Positions 41,001 to 51,287 of a stretch of 64,000 nt of DNA are shown piece by piece. Numbering within the stretch: position 1 is the first letter of the stretch; each line of letters begins with the position of its first letter. The stretch lies in assembly GCF_988242995.1 (NCBI RefSeq), contig NZ_OZ547043.1; one strand, given 5' to 3'. A model generated the notes under the pieces. That model was not told the origin of the DNA. It searched no databases and saw only the letters and a program-made list of their open reading frames with translations. The translations under genes and the position numbers were made by a program.

Positions 41001-42735
41001 GCCGCGCATCCGCTTCTGTCAGCCGCCCCCGCGCATCCTGTTCGTAGGTCGCCAGCGTCTGTATGCCGTTATCCGTGCGGTGAATGGCTTTCAGGTAGCC
41101 GCTGGCGTGGTACGTCAGTTTAAGCCGGATCCCGTCAGTGTGACTGACACCTGTGATCCGGTACTGGCTGTCGCGCTCAAACGTGATGCGGTTGCTGGCG
41201 GTGTCGCTCATCCCGCCCAGCATGTACATCCGGTCTGCGGGGCTGTGTGCCAGACGGTCATCGCTGGTATCGTCAGTCACCGGGTGGCGCAGACGCATTC
41301 CCGGAAAGGCGTCATAAAAGAAGCGGCTGCTCAGTGCATCCCTGTCGAACAGCTCCAGGTAATCATCGCGGCGGCGCAGAATGTACTGGGCGTGATACGG
41401 GTTAACCGCCGTATCACTGTCACCGTCGAAGGCAAATCTCAGCGTGGTTCCCTGGCTGATGATATCCACCCGGTTTCCCTGTTCACGCACCCAGGCGTAT
41501 TCGCTCCAGGAGTCGCTCCAGCCCACGCCCGTCAGGCCATGCAGTGGCAGTACAGAACTGTGGAAACGGGTGAAGGAGAGGGGGAGTGTCTGGCCCAGCG
41601 TAAAGTCGGTACGTTCGTCGCAGTATGCGCCGGTTACCGGATCGACAGGATCTGTTACCCATCTGATGACTTTATTGGCAATACTTTTTAACGACTTACC
41701 TGTTTTCCCCAGCAACGCGCCGAGCTTTGCCCCCAGCAGCTTCCCGCTTTTCCCCAGCAGGTTTCCCAGTTTGCCGAGTCTCGCCAGATTCTTCAGTTTT
41801 CCCAGCAGTCCCGCTGGCGGCAGAAGATAGCTGGCTATCGTTATTCCCCCCAGGATCATTCTCTGCCACGGCGGGAACTCCGGCTGGATATCCAGATAGG
41901 TGACCTGCTCACCCCCAATAAAGACGTCCGGCGAACCTTCCACGATTGCCGCACTGCACTCCAGTTTGTCCCCCTTGCGTGCAGCAGGCTGATTGTTGAT
42001 AAAGACGTTGCTGCTGCCCTGGGCTATCCTCGGCGGTTTGTTCTCCTTGTCGCAGAGCGCCGTGTCCTCACCGGCTTCCGGGAAATCCACGTCTTTTTTG
42101 ATTTCGCCACGCCCGCCCACCATGGTGGCAAACTCCATTAATACCGGACCGGCGGGAAACAGAAGCGATGCGCCGGCGCTGACGCGATCCATAATACCGG
42201 CATTGCTGTCCGTCAGGGTGATAACAGCGTTCCCCCAGGCCTTCGCCAGTGGTACTGCTTTTTCCGCTGCCGATTCAAGCAGGTCAGTGGCAATATCCCC
42301 CCATGAAGGTTCCCCCTGTGGTAGAGAGGGTATTGCTTCAGTCAGGGGAGGAGGGGGAAGGGTGACGGCGGCCCTGGCAGCGGGCTTTCCGTTAATTTTT
42401 ACATTTTTAGAACCAGTATTGATGGCCCCGTCCTTGTCACAAAAGCTGTTTATCCATGACTCAAGCTGGTTCTGTTTCTCCTCCACATAATCACTCGCCT
42501 TATAGCTGGCATACATCAGCGCAGGCACCAGAACCAGCGCATAAGGGCCGGTGGCGCAGGCGGCCATAATCAGGCAACCTTCTGCGATAGTTACTATCGC
42601 CCCCAGCACGGCCCCTGCCAGTGCCCCCAGAAAACTTTTATGCTGAATTTCATCGTCCAGTCTGGCGGCAGGTGGGCCGGACTTCTTTGCTGCCAGCATC
42701 TCTGCAATGGCTTTGTCGTTGGCTGCCCGTTTCAT
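38071..42735 (-). CDS. rhs: prePAAR/PAAR-Rhs type VI secretion effector with unassigned C-terminal toxin domain
   Basis: 1554-aa ORF; N-terminal prePAAR motif AARLDDEIQH, hydrophobic TM region, YD/Rhs repeats, terminal DPIGL...PLGYIDPLGL motif, then an AT-rich 116-aa C-terminal extension. Confidence 0.85.
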   Translation of the reverse strand: MKRAANDKAIAEMLAAKKSGPPAARLDDEIQHKSFLGALAGAVLGAIVTIAEGCLIMAACATGPYALVLVPALMYASYKASDYVEEKQNQLESWINSFCDKDGAINTGSKNVKINGKPAARAAVTLPPPPLTEAIPSLPQGEPSWGDIATDLLESAAEKAVPLAKAWGNAVITLTDSNAGIMDRVSAGASLLFPAGPVLMEFATMVGGRGEIKKDVDFPEAGEDTALCDKENKPPRIAQGSSNVFINNQPAARKGDKLECSAAIVEGSPDVFIGGEQVTYLDIQPEFPPWQRMILGGITIASYLLPPAGLLGKLKNLARLGKLGNLLGKSGKLLGAKLGALLGKTGKSLKSIANKVIRWVTDPVDPVTGAYCDERTDFTLGQTLPLSFTRFHSSVLPLHGLTGVGWSDSWSEYAWVREQGNRVDIISQGTTLRFAFDGDSDTAVNPYHAQYILRRRDDYLELFDRDALSSRFFYDAFPGMRLRHPVTDDTSDDRLAHSPADRMYMLGGMSDTASNRITFERDSQYRITGVSHTDGIRLKLTYHASGYLKAIHRTDNGIQTLATYEQDARGRLTEADARLDYHLFYEYDDADRIIRWSDNDQTWSRFTYDTQGRCVTVTGAEGYYNATLDYGDGCTTVTDGKGIHRYYYDPDGNILREDAPDGSTTTYEWDEFHHLLARHSPAGRVEKFEDNAALGQLSRYTAADGAEWLYRYDERGLLSNITDPAGQTWTQQCDERGLPVSQVSPQGEETRLAYTAQGLLSGIFRQDERRLGIEYDRHNRPETLTDVMGREHHTKYSGHDLPVKMRGPGGQSVRLQWQQHHKLSGLERTGTGAEGFRNDRHGNLLAWTDGNGVVWTMEYGPFDLPVARTDGEGHRWQYRYDKDTLQLTEVINPQGESYLYVLDNCGRVTEERDWGGVVWRYRYDADGLCTARVNGLEETILYSRDAAGRLAEVITPEGKTQYAYDKSGRLTGIFSPDGTSQRTGYDERGRVNVTTQGRRAIEYHHPDEHTVIRCILPPEDERDRHPGESLLKTTYRYNAAGELTEVILPGDETLTFSRDEAGREVLRHSNRGFACEQGWNAAGQAVSQRAGFFPAEATWGGLLPSLVREYRYDSAGNVSAVTSREDYGRETRREYRLDRNGQVTAVTASGTGLGYGEGDETYGYDSCGYLKAQSAGRHRISEETDQYAGGHRLKQAGNTQYDYDAAGRMVSRTRHRDGYRPETERFRWDSRDQLTGYCSAQGEQWEYRHDASGRRTEKRCDRKKIRFTYLWDGDSIAEIREYRDDKLYSVRHLVFNGFELISQQCSRVRQAHPSVAPQWVTRTNHAVSDLTGRPLMLFNSEGKTVWRPGQTSLWGLALSLPADTGYPDPRGELDPEADPGLLYAGQWQDAESGLCYNRFRYYEPETGMYLVSDPIGLRGGINNYAYVHNPLGYIDPLGLTICDIAKTRDLATTISDKFKQLFQCDKFAAALKSKMQQAGVNGEHLILETKNKQGAFGNIWSDRIGKNIATNGHHEAIKVGDTVFDNMNPSGIKYEDWLNDIYSPGEYTITPSRF

Positions 42736-42802
42736 CTAGCTGGCGACCATCGCCCGCTGCGACTGCATTCGCATTGCCAGCGTACCGCCTGCGGTCGCTC
42801 CC

Positions 42803-42878
42803 TGTGGCCCGCTCTGTCCTTCGCTCATTGGTTTTATCCCTGTGGCCCGCTCTGTCCTTCGCTCATTGGTTTTATCCC
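42803..42878. repeat. Perfect 38-bp tandem duplication in the eagR-rhs intergenic leader
   Basis: tgtggcccgctctgtccttcgctcattggttttatccc occurs twice back to back. Confidence 0.85.
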
Positions 42879-42886
42879 TGTGTCTG

Positions 42887-43348
42887 TCAGCGCGGCTGGT
42901 CCTGTTTGATATTCTTCTCCGGCGGTAATGGTGTGAAGCTCTTTATCACATCGAGCAGCATCGTCTTTTGACTGTTCTTAAGGGGTAAAGACGTACTGAA
43001 CGTGAAGGTCAGCAGCGTATCACCACGCCGCTGAAATACGGCTATCTGGCTAATCCGCCCCTGATTCCCTTCATCTTCCGGACCGTTCCAGGAATAATCC
43101 AGCAGCCAGGCCGGGGCCTCTGCCAGAGTGATTTCCCGGCAGGCATGTTCGGTGTAACCGTCCAGCTTGCCCTGGTACAGCGCCAGCGTTTCCTTGTACA
43201 GTTCTGGTGTCAGGGTTCCCTGTGGAACGGGTTCGCGGGTAATGACCAGGTTGATGCCACTGTTATCTGTGGACACCAGGACCTGCATTGACTGATCCTG
43301 CCATTGCGATGGCAGCTGAATATGACCTTCATTAAAAGTGAACTGCAT
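42887..43348 (-). CDS. DUF1795-family (Eag-type) effector chaperone
   Basis: 153-aa ORF between vgrG and the prePAAR-Rhs; size and position typical of Eag chaperones. Confidence 0.6.
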   Translation of the reverse strand: MQFTFNEGHIQLPSQWQDQSMQVLVSTDNSGINLVITREPVPQGTLTPELYKETLALYQGKLDGYTEHACREITLAEAPAWLLDYSWNGPEDEGNQGRISQIAVFQRRGDTLLTFTFSTSLPLKNSQKTMLLDVIKSFTPLPPEKNIKQDQPR

Positions 43349-43375
43349 AAAATACTCCCTGATAATTTGAATGAA

Positions 43376-45277
43376 TCAGTTAATGAAAACAGAACCGCCC
43401 ACGATGGTGATGCCATCCTTCGACAGCCTGATTACCGTCGATTCCCCGACCTGTAGCTGAATGCCATCCGGCGTCAGCGCAATTTTGCTTTCCTCCACGG
43501 CCAGCATAATTTGCTTAATTGCCGTATAAGCCTGTATACCGTCGCCTTCGCCACCATTGTTTACAGCGTCAACATGCACTGAACCGGCAATCGTGCCTCT
43601 GTCCTGAAAAACATCCTCAGATAAAGACCCTTTTAGTACGCCTGTGATTTTGTGGCCTTTTTCCACCGTAAGAAGGCGGTTACCTTCCTGGATCGTGACC
43701 GTCTGGTCATTTTTTACGGTTTCGCGGTGATCGTGTTTTACGGTGGTGGTACGGTCGTTGAGTACCTCGGTATCCATGTTCTTCTGGGCGTGGATGTAGA
43801 CCTGTTCTTTCCCTGTCGCATCGTCAAACTTCAGCTCGTTAAACCCGCTGCCCATATATGTTTTGGAGCGGATGGTCATCTGCGTCTTCGTTCCCGGCAG
43901 GCTGCCCGGCGAGCGGTTATCTTCGTGGTAGGTGCGCCCCATAATGATCGGCTGGTCCGGATCGCCGTTGAGGAAGTCCACAATGACCTCCTGACCCACA
44001 CGCGGTATCGCCAGATTGCCGAACCCGGCTCCTGCCCACGCCTGTGCCACACGGATCCAGCACGAACTGTCCTGGTCTGCCGGGTTATAGCGGTCCCAGT
44101 TGAATTTCACCCGCACCCGGCCATGCTCGTCGCAGAAGATTTCCTCTCCCGCAGGCCCCGTCACGACGGCGCTCTGTGGACCGTCCACTGACGGCTTTGG
44201 CTTCGGCTGTGGCCGCCACGTCCGGTCTGCCGGGATTACCACAAACTGGTTCTCCAGCGCCGTCCCCGCGCCCCGCCGTCCCGGCACCGCCTGCGGCTGT
44301 TCGCCGTGCAGTTCGCTCGCCACCACCTGCCATTCCCGGTTCAGGTTCGCCTGCGGATGCTCCGTCAGCACAATTCGCCGTCCCGGCCATATCTCCGGCG
44401 AGCGGCTCATTCCCCGCGCGGTTTCTGCGTTGTTTCGCCAGCCGTCCATCTGCCAGCGGGCAAAGTTCTGCCCGTGGGCGCTCTTGAAACGCCCGGGGTA
44501 GTCATACACTTCATACTGCGTGCGCTGGTAGTCCTGGTGCTGGCCTTCCTGTTCAAAACGTCCGGCCCAGCCGGGGCGTTTAAAGGTGTAGTCTTTGGTC
44601 ACCACGGAAGAAGGGCGGATTTGTGCGCTGTAGCGGAACTGGCTGATGCAGAGGGTGCTCACCTCGGTACGGGTGTTCGGGTTCCATGGGATTTCAAAAG
44701 ATTCGGGCAGATGGCGGACTGTGTCGCACAGCACCAGGCTCTGGTCGGTACTTTTGTAAGCATGCTCCTCATAAAAGAAGATGCCTTCCTCCGCCGCCAT
44801 CCGGCACAGGAAATCGTAATCAGTCTCACCGTACTGGACACAAAACTCACGGGAAGGATGCGGCTCGCTGAACAGCGGACTCCATTCGGTCACCCCGTTT
44901 TCCTGCAACATCGTGCCGAGGATGCTTCTGATGTCCTCGTTCTGGAAGATACGGAAGTTCTGACGCAGTCCTGCCCGCCACAGCGGCGGGCGCACCTTCA
45001 TGCTGTACAGCATCTGGTTTTTGTCGTTCTCCCCGAGTTCAAACCAGGTCACCACGCCTTTCACCCGGCGCTGTACGTCATCGCCCTGCCATACCGTCAG
45101 GTAGGCCATTTTGTCCAGCACCTGCGCAAATTCAAGGTAGAGAAACTGCTGACTGACCAGAGAAAGGTCAAGGGAAAAAAGTGAAGAGAGTGACTGGGTG
45201 AGATGAAAGGAGACCACCGCAAAAGCGTCCGGTGGCAGGCCGTCCACTTCCAGTGTGAAACGTAATCCGGTTGACAT
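43376..45277 (-). CDS. vgrG: Type VI secretion spike protein VgrG
   Basis: MSTGLRFTLEVDGLPPDAFAVVSFHLTQSLSSLFSLDLSLVS... gp27/gp5-like; the ORF could start 12 codons upstream at 45313. Confidence 0.85.
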   Translation of the reverse strand: MSTGLRFTLEVDGLPPDAFAVVSFHLTQSLSSLFSLDLSLVSQQFLYLEFAQVLDKMAYLTVWQGDDVQRRVKGVVTWFELGENDKNQMLYSMKVRPPLWRAGLRQNFRIFQNEDIRSILGTMLQENGVTEWSPLFSEPHPSREFCVQYGETDYDFLCRMAAEEGIFFYEEHAYKSTDQSLVLCDTVRHLPESFEIPWNPNTRTEVSTLCISQFRYSAQIRPSSVVTKDYTFKRPGWAGRFEQEGQHQDYQRTQYEVYDYPGRFKSAHGQNFARWQMDGWRNNAETARGMSRSPEIWPGRRIVLTEHPQANLNREWQVVASELHGEQPQAVPGRRGAGTALENQFVVIPADRTWRPQPKPKPSVDGPQSAVVTGPAGEEIFCDEHGRVRVKFNWDRYNPADQDSSCWIRVAQAWAGAGFGNLAIPRVGQEVIVDFLNGDPDQPIIMGRTYHEDNRSPGSLPGTKTQMTIRSKTYMGSGFNELKFDDATGKEQVYIHAQKNMDTEVLNDRTTTVKHDHRETVKNDQTVTIQEGNRLLTVEKGHKITGVLKGSLSEDVFQDRGTIAGSVHVDAVNNGGEGDGIQAYTAIKQIMLAVEESKIALTPDGIQLQVGESTVIRLSKDGITIVGGSVFIN

Positions 45278-46020
45278 AGCAACCTCCGTGAAAATGAATA
45301 ATAATCCGCACATATTGCATGTACAACATGTCGGGTAATGAGATAAGCGGGCCGGCTTCAGGTGTTACCGGGGAATATCAGAAAAGTGTCATGGTTATGT
45401 GAGAATTTTGTCCGGGATTTTACTTCAGAGAAACGGGGGTCTGTTGAGTCAACAAAATAATCACAAACTCAACTGACGGGTTCACGATGTTATTAAGGAC
45501 AGGCTCGTATATTACATCGAGTAACAAAAAAACACCTGATATGCAAAGTTAAACCAATATTCATAATGTCTTTTTATTCACAGTAATAAATAATTCAATA
45601 AACATCATTGAAATGAATGATGGTTTGTATAAGGAATATACGCTACCGCCCCACCCTGATAACATGATCTGCACATTGCCATCTTAACGTCGTTAGACGC
45701 TGGCTTAATAGTGAATATTTTAAATTAGGAATTTATCAAATCCACTTGATAAATAGATTGTGTGAATAATATAGAGATTAATGATGCCTGACTGCGCTTT
45801 ATATTATAGCCGATTCTTTTATAGTGATGAAAATTTAGTAATAGCATTGTGCTCTACAATTGGTAGAAACACGAATTTGATTAAATTGCATATCTAAATA
45901 TCTCGTAAATATCCGAAAATGAATAACCTTCGATTTCAGACGACCAATAAGGTCTTCCCTGTTTTATTGATAAATAATAACAGAAGGCGATACATCACTC
46001 TTTGAGTTTGAACTAACTAA

Positions 46021-47469
46021 TTAACCTTTCTCCGGTAGTTTGATCATAAACCTTGTTCCCCGCGCATCTGACGTTACCGCAACCGTGCCTTTATGCGCGA
46101 CAACAATTGATTTCACTATCGCCAGGCCAATGCCGCTACCTTCGCCTTTTCGCTGGCGGGAAGGATCAACGCGGTAGAAACGGTCAAACAATCGCGGTAA
46201 GTGTTCGGGCGCAATGGGCGTACCGGGGTTTTCGACGGAAACTTGCACCTGGTGATCGACCGTCTGGCAGCGCACAACAATTGCCTCTCCGGGTGGCGTA
46301 TAACGCAGGGCGTTCGAAAGCAGGTTGCTTAACGCCCGACGCAGCATCAGCGGATCGCCCGCAACCTGACACTCGTCACCAACAAACCGCAACTCCACGC
46401 CGCGATCTTCCGCTAACGCCTCGAAAAAATCGAACACTTTGCCGACTTCATCCGCCAGGTTGAGCATTTTCTTTTCGGGGATTAACTGGTTGTTATCGGC
46501 CTGGGCGAGAAACAACATATCGCTGACCATTTTCGCCATTCGCGTCAGCTCTTCGAGATTAGAGTAGAGCACATCTTCCAGCTCCTTCTGGCTGCGTGAC
46601 TGGCTGAGGGCGATTTCGGTTTGCGTTATGAGATTCGTAATTGGTGTACGAATTTCGTGAGCGATATCCGCTGAGAAATTGGACTGGCGAGTAAAGACAT
46701 CCTCAATACGCTCGATCATATGGTTGAACGACAGTACCAGCTGTTCCAGCTCAATCGGCACGGTCTGCGGGTCAAGGCGAACGTCGAGATCTTTCGAGGT
46801 GATATTCTGGATTTGACGGCTGACGCTGCGGATCGGCGCGTGACCTTTATGTACCGCCAATAGCACGATAAAGACGATCAGGATGCTGATGATCGATGCG
46901 GTCATAATAAGTTTATTCATCAAATCATTTATGTAATGAAGATGAAAATCGATCGAAAGCGCGATGTAGAGCGTATAAATCGGTTTGCCGTCCACCAACG
47001 GGCCAACCGGCAAGTTAATCATCCGCCAGTTGCTGTGTTCCATATGCCCGTGACCGTGGCCCGGCATCATCATTGTCGGGCCGGAAAGGAGATACACCTC
47101 GCCGCCCCGCGCGTCTTTATCGGGTATGGCATCACGTGCAAACTCGCGGATATCGGGCGCACCGGGGGAGTGATATACCGTTTTACCGTGGCTATCTGCC
47201 AGGGAGATCAACACATTGGAATAACCACTGACAATATCTTCCAGCGTCATTAAGCGTCGGGCTTGCGTTTCGTCAGGGTGATTAAGTACCCGTTCAAGTG
47301 TGGCGCTAATTTCTTTTAAATCATTAATATCCTGCTCGGCAAAATGCACTTTTACCGAGTGGATCATTATCCATGCAAAGGCGAAAAACGCCGCGATGGT
47401 GGCGAGGCTGATAAAAAAGGTCAGGCGGGTTGCCAGCGAAAACGGGCGCTGAAATGGCTTACTGACCAT
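46021..47469 (-). CDS. cusS: Copper/silver sensor histidine kinase CusS
   Basis: Matches E. coli CusS from [16 protein letters not shown]... Confidence 0.9.
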
Positions 47470-48142
47470 CCGGCACCTCAAGCATGTAACCCACGCCGCG
47501 CACGGTTTGAATCAGCTTCGGCTCAAAGTCGTTGTCGATTTTGCCACGCAGCCGCTTCACCGCCACATCAATGGCGTTAGTGTCGCTGTCGAAATTCATG
47601 TCCCACACCTGCGAGGCGATAAGCGAGCGGGGCAGCACTTCGCCCTGATGGCGAAGGAAAAACTCCAGCAGAGTAAACTCTTTACTGGTCAGAGTGATGC
47701 GCGTACCGCTGCGGGTGACTTTGCGGCTGACGAGATCGACCATCAAATCGGCAACCTGAAACTGACTTTCGATAATCACCGCCGCCCCGCGCCGCAGTAA
47801 TGTGCGCACCCGCGCCAGCAGTTCAGCAAAAGCGAATGGCTTCACCAGGTAGTCATCTGCCCCCAACTCCAGCCCCTTGACGCGATGTTCAATGGTGCCA
47901 AGCGCGGTAAGCAACAGAATCGGCATCCCTTTATTGGCGGAACGCAACATACGCACGATATCCCAGCCGTTCACGTCTGGCAGCATAATATCGAGGATTA
48001 TCAGGTCATAATCACCGGTCATCGCCAGATGGTAGCCATTCAGCCCGTTGTCGGCCAAATCGACCACAAAACCGGCTTCGGTTAACCCTTTGGTCAAGTA
48101 TTCTCCGGTTTTCTTTTCATCTTCGACAATCAACAGTTTCAT
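47459..48142 (-). CDS. cusR: Response regulator CusR
   Basis: 227-aa ORF matching CusR (OmpR family). Confidence 0.9.
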
Positions 48143-48207
48143 ATTTCCTCCGCATGTTGCCCGGGCAATTCTAGAGTAGCGGGATCAGATGGCAATCGCT
48201 TATTGGC

Positions 48208-48229
48208 AAAATGACAATTTTGTCATTTT
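48208..48229. promoter_or_regulatory. CusR box palindrome AAAATGACAATTTTGTCATTTT in cusR-cusC divergent promoter region
   Basis: Perfect palindrome read directly; matches the known CusR binding site. Confidence 0.75.
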
Positions 48230-48298
48230 CCTGTCACCGGAAAATCAGAGCCTGGCGGGTAAAGTTGGCGACATAAAATCACCAGAAATTATGTGCCT

Positions 48299-49681
48299 AT
48301 GTCTCCTTGTAAACTTCTGCCATTTTGTGTGGCCCTTGCGCTAACCGGTTGTTCACTGGCACCGGATTATCAGCGCCCGGCAATGCCCGTGCCGCAGCAG
48401 TTCTCACTCAACCAGAACGGCCTGGTTAACGCAGCAGATAACTACCAGAACGCGGGCTGGCGCACCTTTTTTGTTGATAATCAGGTGAAGACGCTGATTA
48501 GCGAGGCGCTGGTGAATAACCGGGATTTGCGCATGGCGACGCTGAAAGTGCAGGAAGCGCGGGCGCAATATCGTCTGACCGATGCCGACCGCTACCCACA
48601 GCTCAATGGCGAGGGCAGCGGCAGCTGGAGCGGCAATCTTAAAGGCGATTCAGCCACGACGCGGGAGTTCTCGACTGGCCTTAACGCCAGCTTTGATCTC
48701 GATTTTTTCGGTCGCTTAAAGAACATGAGCGAAGCCGAGCGACAAAATTATTTAGCCACTGAGGAAGCCCAGCGCGCGGTGCATATTCTGCTGGTTTCTA
48801 ATGTCGCGCAAAGCTATTTCAATCAGCAGCTGGCGTATGCGCAATTGCAAATCGCCGAAGAAACGCTGCGTAATTATCAGCAGTCATATGCGTTTGTCGA
48901 AAAACAACTGTTGACCGGTAGCAGCAATGTTCTGGCGCTGGAACAGGCTCGCGGGGTGATTGAAAGTACCCGCAGCGACATCGCTAAACGTCAGGGGGAA
49001 CTGGCGCAGGCGAATAATGCATTGCAACTGTTATTGGGAAGCTACGGCAAGCTGCCGCAAGCGCAGACAGTAAACAGCCACAGCCTGCAAAGCGTTAAAT
49101 TACCGGCGGGCTTGTCGTCGCAAATTTTATTGCAGCGCCCGGATATTATGGAAGCTGAACACGCGTTAATGGCGGCTAATGCCAATATTGGTGCTGCACG
49201 TGCAGCATTTTTCCCGTCTATCAGCCTGACCAGCGGAATATCGACCACCAGCAGCGATCTGTCGTCATTATTTAACGCCAGCAGCGGGATGTGGAATTTT
49301 ATTCCCAAAATTGAGATCCCCATTTTTAATGCCGGACGCAACCAGGCCAATCTGGATATCGCCGAAATTCGCCAGCAGCAGTCGGTGGTGAATTATGAAC
49401 AGAAAATCCAGAACGCCTTTAAAGAAGTGGCAGATGCGCTGGCATTACGTCAAAGCCTGAACGATCAAATTAGCGCCCAGCAGCGTTATCTGGTGTCGCT
49501 GCAAATTACTTTGCAACGGGCGCGGGCATTATATCAGCACGGCGCAGTAAGCTATCTGGAAGTGCTGGATGCTGAGCGTTCTTTATTTGCAACCCGACAA
49601 ACTTTACTTGACCTGAATTATGCCCGTCAGGTTAGCGAAATTTCTTTATATGCCGCCTTAGGCGGCGGTTGGCAGCAATAA
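48299..49681 (+). CDS. cusC: Outer membrane efflux channel CusC
   Basis: Matches CusC (MSPCKLLPFCVALALTGCSLAPDYQRP...), lipoprotein signal. Confidence 0.9.
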   Translation: MSPCKLLPFCVALALTGCSLAPDYQRPAMPVPQQFSLNQNGLVNAADNYQNAGWRTFFVDNQVKTLISEALVNNRDLRMATLKVQEARAQYRLTDADRYPQLNGEGSGSWSGNLKGDSATTREFSTGLNASFDLDFFGRLKNMSEAERQNYLATEEAQRAVHILLVSNVAQSYFNQQLAYAQLQIAEETLRNYQQSYAFVEKQLLTGSSNVLALEQARGVIESTRSDIAKRQGELAQANNALQLLLGSYGKLPQAQTVNSHSLQSVKLPAGLSSQILLQRPDIMEAEHALMAANANIGAARAAFFPSISLTSGISTTSSDLSSLFNASSGMWNFIPKIEIPIFNAGRNQANLDIAEIRQQQSVVNYEQKIQNAFKEVADALALRQSLNDQISAQQRYLVSLQITLQRARALYQHGAVSYLEVLDAERSLFATRQTLLDLNYARQVSEISLYAALGGGWQQ

Positions 49682-49704
49682 TTTTTAACTCCAGGAGAGA
49701 ATAA

Positions 49705-50037
49705 ATGAAAAAAGCACTGCAAGTCGCAATGTTCAGTCTGTTTACCGTTATTGGCTTTAATGCCCAGGCTAACGAACATCATCATGAAACCATGAGCGAA
49801 GCAAAACCACAGGTTATTAGCGCCACTGGCGTGGTAAAAGGTATTGATCTGGAAAGCAAAAAAATCACCATCCATCACGATCCGATTGCTGCCGTGAAAT
49901 GGCCGGAGATGACCATGCGCTTTACTATAACCCCGCAGACGAAAATGAGTGAAATTAAAACCGGCGACAAAGTGGCGTTTAATTTTGTCCAGCAGGGCAA
50001 CCTTTCTTTATTACAGGATATTAAAGTCAGCCAGTAA
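49705..50037 (+). CDS. cusF: Periplasmic copper chaperone CusF
   Basis: 110-aa ORF matching CusF. Confidence 0.9.
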   Translation: MKKALQVAMFSLFTVIGFNAQANEHHHETMSEAKPQVISATGVVKGIDLESKKITIHHDPIAAVKWPEMTMRFTITPQTKMSEIKTGDKVAFNFVQQGNLSLLQDIKVSQ

Positions 50038-50052
50038 CCCAGGTTTAATGAG

Positions 50053-51276
50053 ATGAAAAAAATCGCGCTTATTATCGGCAGCATGATCGCGGGCGGTATT
50101 ATTTCTGCGGCAGGTTTTACCTGGTTTGCAAAGGCGGAACCGCCCGCAGAAAAAACGTCGACCGCAGAACGTAAAATCTTATTCTGGTACGACCCGATGT
50201 ATCCCAATACGCGGTTCGATAAACCAGGTAAATCGCCGTTTATGGATATGGATCTGGTGCCGAAATATGCCGATGAAGAGAGTTCTGCGTCTGGTGTGCG
50301 CATTGACCCGACTCAGACGCAGAATCTGGGGGTGAAAACGGCTACCGTCACGCGCGGGCCGCTGACTTTTTCCCAGAGTTTCCCGGCGAATGTCAGTTAC
50401 AACGAGTATCAGTATGCCATTGTGCAGGCTCGCGCTGCCGGGTTTATCGACAAGGTGTATCCGCTTACCGTGGGCGATAAAGTGCAAAAGGGCACACCGC
50501 TTCTCGACCTGACCATTCCCGACTGGGTGGAAGCGCAGAGTGAGTATTTACTGCTGCGCGAAACCGGCGGTACGGCGACCCAGACTGAAGGCATTCTTGA
50601 GCGGCTGCGACTGGCGGGAATGCCGGAGGCGGATATTCGCCGCCTGATCGCTACGCAAAAAATCCAGACTCGCTTTACGCTCAAAGCGCCCATTGATGGC
50701 GTGATCACCGCGTTTGATCTGCGCGCGGGAATGAATATCGCCAAAGATAATGTGGTAGCGAAAATTCAGGGTATGGACCCGGTGTGGATCACTGCCGCGA
50801 TCCCGGAGTCCATCGCCTGGCTGGTGAAAGATGCCTCGCAGTTTACGCTCACCGTTCCGGCGCGACCTGATAAAACACTCACCATTCGCAAATGGACCCT
50901 GCTACCCGGCGTGGATGCCGCGACCCGCACGCTGCAGCTGCGTCTGGAAGTCGACAACGCCGACGAGTCGCTAAAACCGGGCATGAACGCCTGGTTGCAA
51001 CTCAATACCGCCAGCGAACCGATGCTGCTCATTCCGTCACAAGCGCTGATTGATACCGGCAGCGAACAGCGGGTGATTACCGTTGATGCCGACGGGCGCT
51101 TTGTACCGAAACGCGTTGCCGTTTTCCAGGCATCGCAAGGCGTCACCGCGTTACGCTCTGGTCTGGCGGAAGGTGAAAAGGTGGTTTCCAGCGGCCTGTT
51201 CCTGATTGATTCCGAAGCCAATATTTCTGGCGCACTGGAGCGGATTCGCTCTGAAAGTGCTACCCATGCGCATTGA
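50053..51276 (+). CDS. cusB: Membrane fusion protein CusB
   Basis: 407-aa ORF matching CusB. Confidence 0.9.
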   Translation: MKKIALIIGSMIAGGIISAAGFTWFAKAEPPAEKTSTAERKILFWYDPMYPNTRFDKPGKSPFMDMDLVPKYADEESSASGVRIDPTQTQNLGVKTATVTRGPLTFSQSFPANVSYNEYQYAIVQARAAGFIDKVYPLTVGDKVQKGTPLLDLTIPDWVEAQSEYLLLRETGGTATQTEGILERLRLAGMPEADIRRLIATQKIQTRFTLKAPIDGVITAFDLRAGMNIAKDNVVAKIQGMDPVWITAAIPESIAWLVKDASQFTLTVPARPDKTLTIRKWTLLPGVDAATRTLQLRLEVDNADESLKPGMNAWLQLNTASEPMLLIPSQALIDTGSEQRVITVDADGRFVPKRVAVFQASQGVTALRSGLAEGEKVVSSGLFLIDSEANISGALERIRSESATHAH

Positions 51277-51287
51277 GGGAATAACCA

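Noticed and set aside
38452-41691. Several plus-strand ORFs (e.g. 38452-39291, 40699-41691)
   Set aside because: Antisense to the long Rhs repeat gene; no RBS and repetitive low-complexity translations.
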